A stretch of DNA of 35,247 nucleotides, taken from IMG/VR virus record IMGVR_UViG_3300042934_000658. One strand, 5' to 3'. Under the pieces are notes generated by a model that was not told the DNA's origin, searched no databases, and saw nothing but the letters and a program-made list of their open reading frames with translations. Origin of the DNA: a virus. The position numbers and the translations under genes are program-made. Below are positions 16,999 through 22,939 of the stretch, in pieces (position 1 is the stretch's first letter; each line of letters opens with the position of its first letter).

Positions 16999-17395
16999 GG
17001 GCAATGCCTCCTGTTTGCATGTCGATCCGGACACGCATTCTAAGTTCGTAAATCTTCTCCTTGACCGAGTCCCGCTCATTCCGCCACAACATCTTCTGTT
17101 CATACGCTTCTGCCTCGAGCTTTCGCAGCTCCATTACAGCAAGTTCGGCCGTCAGTATCTTGTCGCCCTTCTTGGCCGTTGATTTGGCCAGTGTGAAGGT
17201 ATTCTGCCGCAGCGTATAGAGTTTCTCGTAATCTCCATCCATTTGCGCGGAGATCCGGCCCATCAGATCATAGGCAGCTGTGAGCAGACGGACGATCTCA
17301 ACCATAGCTCCGGGAGCGTCCTCGTCATATGCCTTTGCCTGGGCACGCAGCTTATCACACTGCTCAATATGCCAATCCAGTTCCGCGTCCTTCAT
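16991..17395 (-). CDS. Hypothetical coiled-coil protein
   Basis: A 134-aa ORF with coupled overlaps at both ends. Confidence 0.6.
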   Translation of the reverse strand: MKDAELDWHIEQCDKLRAQAKAYDEDAPGAMVEIVRLLTAAYDLMGRISAQMDGDYEKLYTLRQNTFTLAKSTAKKGDKILTAELAVMELRKLEAEAYEQKMLWRNERDSVKEKIYELRMRVRIDMQTGGIAHG

Positions 17396-17586
17396 AGGCG
17401 CTGCACCGAAGCAGAATCCACCAGATATAGCGCATCCTGTACACGTTTAATTTCATCAGCGATATCTTCGCTTGCCTTACGGTGTAATTTGACGTAATCC
17501 GCCTGTTTGGCGTAAAGCACATTGAGTTGCTTCCGCAGGCTGGTGCGTTGGACCGCTTGTGCCGGCAGCAATTTCGCTTTTTTCAT
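17392..17586 (-). CDS. Hypothetical small basic protein
   Basis: The ATG at 17586 is preceded by GGGGG with 8-nt spacing. Confidence 0.5.
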   Translation of the reverse strand: MKKAKLLPAQAVQRTSLRKQLNVLYAKQADYVKLHRKASEDIADEIKRVQDALYLVDSASVQRL

Positions 17587-17827
17587 TGCCACAACCCCCA
17601 GTCAGTGGTAATCTGGACTTAATTGTAAATTTGAATGTTAGTGACGGCTTTCCGGCTCCTACCCCGGAAGGCCGTTTTTCGTCTGCCTGATAAAGTAACC
17701 ATTGATAATTGCGGTATGCCTTGTCTGCATTAGCAGCTGCTTGGGTCAATCCTTCAGCTTCTGCCTGGTCACGCAAGGTAAGGAACAGAACACATACATT
17801 CCGGATCATGTTTGTTGTCAGCTTCAA
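17477..17827 (-). CDS. Hypothetical protein; the 3' part is doubtful
   Basis: The TTG start at 17827 has a strong GAGGAGG RBS. However, the frame runs through a 12-bp hairpin and overlaps the next gene by about 110 nt. Confidence 0.35.
   Translation of the reverse strand: MKLTTNMIRNVCVLFLTLRDQAEAEGLTQAAANADKAYRNYQWLLYQADEKRPSGVGAGKPSLTFKFTIKSRLPLTGGCGNEKSEIAAGTSGPTHQPAEATQCALRQTGGLRQITP
17644..17679 (+). terminator. Plus-strand intrinsic-terminator-like hairpin with no obvious plus-strand gene upstream
   Basis: The sequence acggctttccgg-ctcctacc-ccggaaggccgt forms a 12-bp stem and is followed by tttt. Confidence 0.45.
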
Positions 17828-17883
17828 TGTTTTTCCTCCTCATAGGTTTTTGGTCCTTGATGTCGAATATTGATAGTGGCCTC

Positions 17884-17910
17884 GTCGTATCAAGGCAGAA
17901 CCCTCCGGGC
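17884..17910. repeat. Left arm of a perfect 27-bp inverted repeat
   Basis: gtcgtatcaaggcagaaccctccgggc is the exact reverse complement of 18161..18187. Confidence 0.9.
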
Positions 17911-17965
17911 GAAAGGAGCGTGATGCGCCTTCTTTTGGTTTTTTTATTTCCCATCTGATTTTTCC

Positions 17966-18151
17966 ATGCGCCTACAATCCGCAATGGAAGATCGAGCTTT
18001 AGACCATGTCACCCTGGCTATGATCGCCAACGTTACCCCTTCCACAGTGAAACGTTGGCTTGACGGAAAGTTTGAACCTCGACACAAGAACCTACGGCGG
18101 CTTGCCGATGCTCTTGATGTGTCCGGGGATTACCTCTTAGGTAGAGCCTAA
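17966..18151 (+). CDS. XRE-family HTH protein (61 aa), oriented opposite to the surrounding early genes
   Basis: The product reads ...VTLAMIANVTPSTVKRWLDGKFEPRHKNLRRLADALDVSGDYLLG, a classic HTH_3 pattern. No convincing RBS is visible. Confidence 0.7.
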   Translation: MRLQSAMEDRALDHVTLAMIANVTPSTVKRWLDGKFEPRHKNLRRLADALDVSGDYLLGRA

Positions 18152-18160
18152 GTTAATACG

Positions 18161-18187
18161 GCCCGGAGGGTTCTGCCTTGATACGAC
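18161..18187. repeat. Right arm of the perfect 27-bp inverted repeat
   Basis: gcccggagggttctgccttgatacgac pairs with the left arm, and the two arms are separated by 250 nt. Confidence 0.9.
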
Positions 18188-18250
18188 TTCAGTTTTTCTC
18201 ACCTCCTGCGAATAGATTGTATTTATGTGGTTATGATTGCTTGTAGAGGG

Positions 18251-18556
18251 CTACACCGATGAACTGCAACTTGCCCTCTCTCGTTCAATAATCCATTCAT
18301 CAAGAACGGATTGGCGGAACCGATAATCCGTCCCGATCTTATAAAACCTGATTTCCCCCCGCTTACACATCTGTTGTAACGTACGCTCGCTACAGCCAAT
18401 GTAAAGAGCTGCTTCTGGCGTACTAAATGCATTATGCTTTAATTTTTGCTGGATTAATGGTTCCAACTTCTGCAGTAATCTACCAAAGACATCTTCAGAA
18501 ACCTCAGTTTTCAATGCCTCAATAAAATCCAAAGTAGACAAAATATCCACCTCCAT
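18251..18556 (-). CDS. Excisionase-family (MerR-like HTH_17) DNA-binding protein
   Basis: The product contains AALYIGCSERTLQQMCKRGEIRFYKIGTDYRFRQSVLDEWI. Confidence 0.65.
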   Translation of the reverse strand: MEVDILSTLDFIEALKTEVSEDVFGRLLQKLEPLIQQKLKHNAFSTPEAALYIGCSERTLQQMCKRGEIRFYKIGTDYRFRQSVLDEWIIERERASCSSSV

Positions 18557-18575
18557 TCTACTTCTCCATTCATAA

Positions 18576-18592
18576 ATCTACTTAAAGTAGAC
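18576..18592. promoter_or_regulatory. Distal operator-like palindrome ATCTAC-TTAAA-GTAGAc
   Basis: It has the same half-sites and the same 5-bp spacer length as the operator inside the early promoter. It lies between the cro-like and xis-like genes. Confidence 0.55.
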
Positions 18593-18798
18593 TATACGAT
18601 AAACGAAATGTTATCCACCTCTATCTTGACCAAAGATGCAAATTCATGCGCTTTTTTCAATGGCATATCACTTGCATCCTTCTCCCACTTCCCAACGGTT
18701 TGCCTATGAACACCAAGAGTATTAGCAACATCTTGCTGAGATAACTCGCTGAGCGCCCTTGCCTGTCTCATCGTTATTTTCTTTGTCTTATCCTGCAT
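18592..18798 (-). CDS. Cro-like XRE HTH protein (first early gene)
   Basis: The ATG at 18798 follows AAAGGAGGT. The product contains ...LSELSQQDVANTLGVHRQTVGKWEKD. Confidence 0.75.
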   Translation of the reverse strand: MQDKTKKITMRQARALSELSQQDVANTLGVHRQTVGKWEKDASDMPLKKAHEFASLVKIEVDNISFIV

Positions 18799-18828
18799 CA
18801 GGTTACCTCCTTTCATGATTGCAACCCC

Positions 18829-18857
18829 ATATTAATCTACCAAAAGTAGATTGTCAA
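18829..18857 (-). promoter_or_regulatory. Early lytic promoter TTGACA-17-TAATAT whose spacer is the 17-bp palindromic operator ATCTACTTTTGGTAGAT
   Basis: The -35 is at 18852..18857, the -10 at 18829..18834, and the palindrome at 18835..18851. Confidence 0.65.
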
Positions 18858-18888
18858 CACCAAAACGGTATTTTTATCTACCAAAAGG

Positions 18889-18917
18889 TTGATTTATATC
18901 TACATGTCGTTTATAAT
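18889..18917 (+). promoter_or_regulatory. Repressor/lysogeny promoter TTGATT-17-TATAAT with ATCTAC half-sites in and upstream of it
   Basis: The -35 is at 18889..18894 and the -10 at 18912..18917. atctac occurs at 18898..18903 and atctaccaaaag at 18876..18887. Confidence 0.55.
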
Positions 18918-18958
18918 CGACACAAGAACAAAAAAAGATTGCGAGGTAAGTATAAGAG

Positions 18959-19297
18959 ATGATGGATAACGAATTTGGTATCTCTGATAATTTGAAGATT
19001 TTAAGAAAACGCTATGGCCTAACACAACAGGAACTGGCTGAAATTGCTGGAGTTACTAATAAAGCGGTATCCGCTTGGGAAAGAGGACAAAAAGAGCCTC
19101 GTATGGGTGCGATTGAGCGTATTTCAAAGCACTTCAATATCAAAAAGAGTAATTTAATTGAACATGGCGGAATGGATATTTTGGGTCCGGACCTTAGTAA
19201 TGCAATTGCTCTCAGCTTTGGCAGTGAGGTTTTTTCAGAAAAAGAAATCGAAGACATCGTAAATTACATCAACTACGTGAAGGCTAAGCGTAATTAA
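18959..19297 (+). CDS. CI-like XRE-family repressor without a recognisable S24 peptidase domain
   Basis: The N-terminal HTH is LRKRYGLTQQELAEIAGVTNKAVSAWERGQKEP. The protein is 112 aa, co-oriented with int and divergent from the cro-like gene. Confidence 0.7.
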   Translation: MMDNEFGISDNLKILRKRYGLTQQELAEIAGVTNKAVSAWERGQKEPRMGAIERISKHFNIKKSNLIEHGGMDILGPDLSNAIALSFGSEVFSEKEIEDIVNYINYVKAKRN

Positions 19298-19383
19298 TAT
19301 ATTTTCTTAAAAATCAGCGATAACCAAATTCTGTTTGTATACATATAAAATAGAACATACATTCGTGGAAGGGGGTGATTACG

Positions 19384-19614
19384 ATGAGAAACTGGGAAAA
19401 GATCGACGATAGTATCTATTGGTTCACTTTTGATTTTTTGAGACAGCCGGACAGACGGCGCATTCGGCAAAGGATGCGAGTGACGTTTGATAGCCCGCCT
19501 ACACCGAGTGAGATAAAAACCAAATATCTGCAGCTTGAGAAGACAGCAAGAGTACAGCAATTGCGTAAGGGGTTGAAAACCGATGCCAAACTGGACGAAA
19601 CGGGGGGAGAATAA
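19384..19614 (+). CDS. Free-standing paralog of the integrase N-terminal arm-type DNA-binding domain
   Basis: The ATG at 19384 follows GGAAGGGGG. MRNWEK...Y...RRIRQ...VTFD aligns without gaps to the Int N-terminus MPNWTK...Y...KRIRQ...ITLD. Confidence 0.5.
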   Translation: MRNWEKIDDSIYWFTFDFLRQPDRRRIRQRMRVTFDSPPTPSEIKTKYLQLEKTARVQQLRKGLKTDAKLDETGGE

Positions 19615-20812
19615 GTACCGGCTTATTGCTGAGCTTGGGTATGACGCCAAAGGCAAGCGTATCCGCCAGACTACAACAATCACACTTGATCATAAACCTA
19701 AAAAGGGAGAACTGGATTTAGCTGCAGCCAGGTTTGAAGAGAGTGTCATTAATGGGGAATGGAAAAAGCGCGGTATTGTCGGATTTGAAGCATTTGTACT
19801 GGGCGACTGGAAGAAGAATTATGCTGAGATTGAAATGGGGGAATACACCTGCTTCAATACTATGAGAATAATTGAAGGCCGACTGATTCCCGAGTTTGGT
19901 CGCTTTCAGCTTGATCAAATAAGTACAATTCACTTGGTTCGGTACTTCACGTCCTTGCGAGCTCCTGACGCCCGTAAGGACAAACGCAAAGGACCTTTGG
20001 CTACAAATACCTTACTTAACATTTACAAAGCTTTAAAATCAATATTTGACGCCGCTCATGAGTGGCAGATAATAACCAAAAATCCGATGGATGGAGTAAA
20101 AAGACCTACTGCTGATAAAATTGAGAAGCGCGCCCTAAAGAAACGCAAACGCTCATACTCTCCAAAAGAGGTGGAACGATTAATTACAGCCCTTTATAAG
20201 GAGCCGGAAAACTGGAAGCTGTACTTTATCGGTGTGTTGGTGGGTGGATATCGTCGAGGCGAATATTTAGCCGTGGAATGGCCAGCTGCGGATTTCCAAA
20301 TGTCTAGAATTTATGTAGAAAGGCAGATCACCTTTGACAGTGATGGGCAAGCCACTGAAGGAGAATTAAAAACACTTGAGTCCGAGGGTTTTGTGCCGAT
20401 GCCTCGCTGGTACATGACTGAGTTGAACGCATTTAGGATGAAAGAAATTAGAGCAAGGTTACGAATGGCACCGAATGACTGGAAAGGAGGCGACAGACAT
20501 TTTATATTTCACTCCGGCCATGGCGAACCTTACTATCCAAACACTCCATCAGCAACATGGAGAAAATTCCTGGATAAGTGCGGGCTTCCAAGAGTGCGCT
20601 TGCACGATCTGCGACACACAACGGCAATGTTGCTGCGTGAGTACGGCGCAGACGTCAGAGCAATTCAAAGTCAGCTACGACATTCGAAATTGGCAACTAC
20701 CACAGACACCTATATGGAACGGGATAATACGTTTATTCCCGAAGGTGACAACTTACTGGAAGTTTTGGACCCAAATCGAATTGATGGACACCAAATGGAC
20801 ACCACAAGTTAA
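19583..20812 (+). CDS. int: Tyrosine integrase
   Basis: The 409-aa product has an arm-binding N-terminus, a core-binding domain and a catalytic region with ...RLHDLRHT... and a C-terminal Y in ATTTDTYMER. Confidence 0.95.
   Translation: MPNWTKRGENKYRLIAELGYDAKGKRIRQTTTITLDHKPKKGELDLAAARFEESVINGEWKKRGIVGFEAFVLGDWKKNYAEIEMGEYTCFNTMRIIEGRLIPEFGRFQLDQISTIHLVRYFTSLRAPDARKDKRKGPLATNTLLNIYKALKSIFDAAHEWQIITKNPMDGVKRPTADKIEKRALKKRKRSYSPKEVERLITALYKEPENWKLYFIGVLVGGYRRGEYLAVEWPAADFQMSRIYVERQITFDSDGQATEGELKTLESEGFVPMPRWYMTELNAFRMKEIRARLRMAPNDWKGGDRHFIFHSGHGEPYYPNTPSATWRKFLDKCGLPRVRLHDLRHTTAMLLREYGADVRAIQSQLRHSKLATTTDTYMERDNTFIPEGDNLLEVLDPNRIDGHQMDTTS
20786..20804 (+). repeat. Pair of GGACACCA motifs 11 bp apart (candidate arm-type sites, P arm)
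   Basis: atGGACACCAaatGGACACCAc lies within the 3' end of int. Confidence 0.5.
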
Positions 20813-20849
20813 ATGTAGTCTGTCCATGTCGAATAATTGGCAAACAAAA

Positions 20850-20870
20850 AACCCTTGTAGGGCAAGGGTT
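20850..20870 (-). terminator. Intrinsic terminator just 3' of the tRNA-derived core (minus strand)
   Basis: The sequence aacccttg-taggg-caagggtt is followed on the minus strand by TTTTTGTTTG. Confidence 0.6.
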
Positions 20871-20887
20871 ACGAGACAAAATTAGTA

Positions 20888-20935
20888 TGGAGCGGGTGAT
20901 GGGAATCGAACCCACGCTATCAGCTTGGAAGGCTG
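20888..20935 (-). other. attP core: the 3' 48 nt of a tRNA-Gly(UCC)-like gene (anticodon stem to CCA end), not a complete tRNA
   Basis: The minus strand reads CAGCC-TTCCAAG-CTGATAGC-GTGGG-TTCGATT-CCCAT-CACCCGC-T-CCA. No matching 5' acceptor strand or D-arm lies upstream. Confidence 0.8.
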
Positions 20936-21049
20936 TTCCTAGGGTATGAACCAGATGGAATAAGCCGCATAATATTAGGTTTTCAGCGAGTCCGCGAGAG
21001 GAATGTTTCGCGGATTCGCGCATATGAACGCATATGGATGATTACGACC

Positions 21050-21068
21050 GGACACCAATCGGACACCA
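21050..21068 (+). repeat. Pair of GGACACCA motifs 11 bp apart (candidate arm-type sites, P' arm)
   Basis: The sequence is cGGACACCAatcGGACACCAgg. It has the same orientation and period as the pair at 20786..20804. Confidence 0.5.
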
Positions 21069-21085
21069 GGCCCGCCATGCTAATT

Positions 21086-21355
21086 CTAATTAAAATCGAT
21101 GCCATCTATGTCTTTCCCCAAAGCCAAAGATATACGTTTCGCAAGGTGTGGAGAAATAACTGATGGTCTCTTTTCAATTTTCATTAACCTTTCTTCGGAT
21201 ATTTCTAGCGCAGCAGCCAACTGTTGTGTTGAAATCCCCGCCTTCTCCCTCGCTACAGTAATTGTAGGTATATTACTGATTTCATCACCCAAAACACATA
21301 CTCCCCTTCTATATACTAAAAATAAGAACTTATGTTCCCAATTATAATCGGTCAA
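21086..21355 (-). CDS. XRE-family HTH protein (start uncertain, possibly an internal TTG)
   Basis: The product contains ...TVAREKAGISTQQLAAALEISEERLMKIEKR.... Confidence 0.6.
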   Translation of the reverse strand: MTDYNWEHKFLFLVYRRGVCVLGDEISNIPTITVAREKAGISTQQLAAALEISEERLMKIEKRPSVISPHLAKRISLALGKDIDGIDFN

Positions 21356-21430
21356 TTCCCTTTAAATCAATGTCTATGGTATAATTCGGACGTATCTATT
21401 CACCCTTTCTCAAATTAATAGGAGGGAACA

Positions 21431-21661
21431 ATGAGACTCCGTCAAGGGAGCTGCCTGCTGCCAGATATTCGGAAGTCTCGGGGAAAGACACAAGAGCAGG
21501 TTTGCACTGCTCTTAAGAATGAGTTAGGGGTGGAAATGTCCCCTTCCTACTTCTCCAGGATCGAGAAAGGCATTGCACCTCTGACTCTGCTACAAGCCAG
21601 AGCAATATGCATTGTACTGGCTTGTACCGAGCAACAACTTTATCACTATACGCAAGACTAG
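21431..21661 (+). CDS. XRE-family HTH protein, divergent from 21086..21355
   Basis: The RBS is TAGGAGGGAAC. The product contains ...SRGKTQEQVCTALKNELGVEMSPSYFSRIEKG.... An upstream extended -10 TGgTATAAT is present. Confidence 0.7.
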   Translation: MRLRQGSCLLPDIRKSRGKTQEQVCTALKNELGVEMSPSYFSRIEKGIAPLTLLQARAICIVLACTEQQLYHYTQD

Positions 21662-21888
21662 GCAGCAGGCTGGAGCATTTATTGCTCCCCCGTGACACAA
21701 AAATGAACTAAGCACGAAATAAAACTTTAAGTCAATACTTTTTCATCGGTTGAATACATTTCTAATTAAACCCCTTTTAAGATAAAATGTATAGTTGAAC
21801 TCGGATTCTAAAATAGGCTTTTCGACACCATAATTCGACAAACAAGTTATCGTTTTTATGGTATATTGTTTAATTAGCAAATAAAAAA

Positions 21889-21910
21889 AGCCACCTATAA
21901 GCCGGAGGCT
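21889..21910. terminator. Bidirectional terminator at the end of the agr-like operon
   Basis: The hairpin agccacc-tataagcc-ggaggct is flanked by an A7 run and a T7 run. Confidence 0.6.
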
Positions 21911-21920
21911 TTTTTTATTA

Positions 21921-22283
21921 TTAAGCATATACAATTGTGTGCGATGCTTTTCTTTTAATTTCTTTTATTCGATCTTCGGCCAATGGACAGTATTTTCCTC
22001 TTCTTTCGGCTGAAAAATAAGCCCGGCAAAAAAACTTGTCCACCAACTGAATTGCATCTACATTAATAACCCCGATCCTATCAGCACGAGCGAAATTGTA
22101 TCCATTAAGCTTAAACAGGTCCAACCAGTAAACCAATGTTCCTACCGTATAATAGGTGTTTAATTCAGTATGCACAATAATTCTTTTTTCAGAGCGAAGA
22201 TATTCAATAAATAAAATTTGATTTATAAGAACAGAGAATAATCCGCTGCCGTCGACTTCTTTTGTCACTGATATTGAGTGCAT
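21921..22283 (-). CDS. LytTR-domain DNA-binding protein lacking a receiver domain
   Basis: The 120-aa product contains ...ILFIEYLRSEKRIIVHT...FARADRIGVINVDAI.... The ATG at 22283 is preceded by GGAGG. Confidence 0.75.
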   Translation of the reverse strand: MHSISVTKEVDGSGLFSVLINQILFIEYLRSEKRIIVHTELNTYYTVGTLVYWLDLFKLNGYNFARADRIGVINVDAIQLVDKFFCRAYFSAERRGKYCPLAEDRIKEIKRKASHTIVYA

Positions 22284-22294
22284 ATAAACCTCCA

Positions 22295-22414
22295 CTACAG
22301 CAATTCTTCTGGAACTTCCCCTTCGTACACATACAGTAAGCTCGCTGTACTAAGCGATCCTACAGCAACAACTGACAATAATGTTGCGAGTAAAGATAGA
22401 GCGCGACGTTTCAT
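22295..22414 (-). CDS. agrD: AgrD-like autoinducing-peptide precursor (39 aa, no cysteine)
   Basis: This ORF is not in the supplied track. Its product is MKRRALSLLATLLSVVAVGSLSTASLLYVYEGEVPEELL. The RBS is GGGAGGTGA, the start lies 3 nt after the agrB stop, and the tail is an acidic EVPEEL like the AgrD EVPKEL. Confidence 0.65.
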   Translation of the reverse strand: MKRRALSLLATLLSVVAVGSLSTASLLYVYEGEVPEELL

Positions 22415-22417
22415 TCT

Positions 22418-22939
22418 TCATTTCACCTCCCTCCATGTAATTAAAGTAAGACCTTGCACCAAAAAGCACAGAGTAAGTGTTGTTGATTGGAAGAAAAAAC
22501 TGCTGGATACAATTAATACAGAAAGAATTTTTAAACCAGGATAGTATCGTCTCGGTATTCGATTTTGCTGTCTAATTCTAGAAGGCGCATATACTATGTA
22601 AAGGATGATGCTAACTACATTGAGTATCTGAATATATTGCAATTCCAGGTGTATCAGAGAAAGTATTGTGAATGTAGTTGTTGTAGCTAAAACACACTTC
22701 ATTCCCGACTTCAGATGAATACCTCCAGAAATTTGTCTTATAGAAGCAAAGACAATCAGTAGAATAATCACTTCCTTTGTCCGGCTGGTTACGAATGATA
22801 CAAGTAATGTTCCAATAATAATGAAAGCCGTATTAAGCATAATGGCGAGTGAATATTTCAGGACAGCTACCGAAGCTTTATGATCGGGAATATTTCGTTT
22901 TATCCCTTCTGCCATTTTTAATGCTAGTGTTTCAATCAT
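22418..22939 (-). CDS. agrB: AgrB-family membrane cysteine endopeptidase
   Basis: The product contains RQISGGIHLKSGMKC, with His and Cys 7 residues apart as in S. aureus AgrB H77/C84. It also has a VYAP motif and multiple TM helices. The ATG at 22939 follows GGGAGAGGGAAG. Confidence 0.85.
   Translation of the reverse strand: MIETLALKMAEGIKRNIPDHKASVAVLKYSLAIMLNTAFIIIGTLLVSFVTSRTKEVIILLIVFASIRQISGGIHLKSGMKCVLATTTTFTILSLIHLELQYIQILNVVSIILYIVYAPSRIRQQNRIPRRYYPGLKILSVLIVSSSFFFQSTTLTLCFLVQGLTLITWREVK

Noticed and set aside
17769-17984. A 71-aa minus-strand ORF crossing the left arm of the 27-bp inverted repeat
   Set aside because: It overlaps the well-supported start of the 17477..17827 gene and the antisense HTH gene. 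It has no RBS and a basic low-complexity sequence.
20888-20965. A complete tRNA gene on the minus strand
   Set aside because: Only the anticodon stem through the CCA end is present. The upstream sequence (…ttccatctggttcataccctaggaa) has no GCGGGTG acceptor strand or D-arm, so it is an attP core fragment.
20733-21023. A 96-aa minus-strand ORF across the int 3' end and the attachment region
   Set aside because: It spans the tRNA-derived core and a terminator hairpin, has no RBS, and has an implausible composition.
21743-21934. A 63-aa minus-strand ORF downstream of the LytTR gene
   Set aside because: It begins inside the LytTR 3' end and terminator, lies in very AT-rich sequence, has no RBS, and looks like chance coding.
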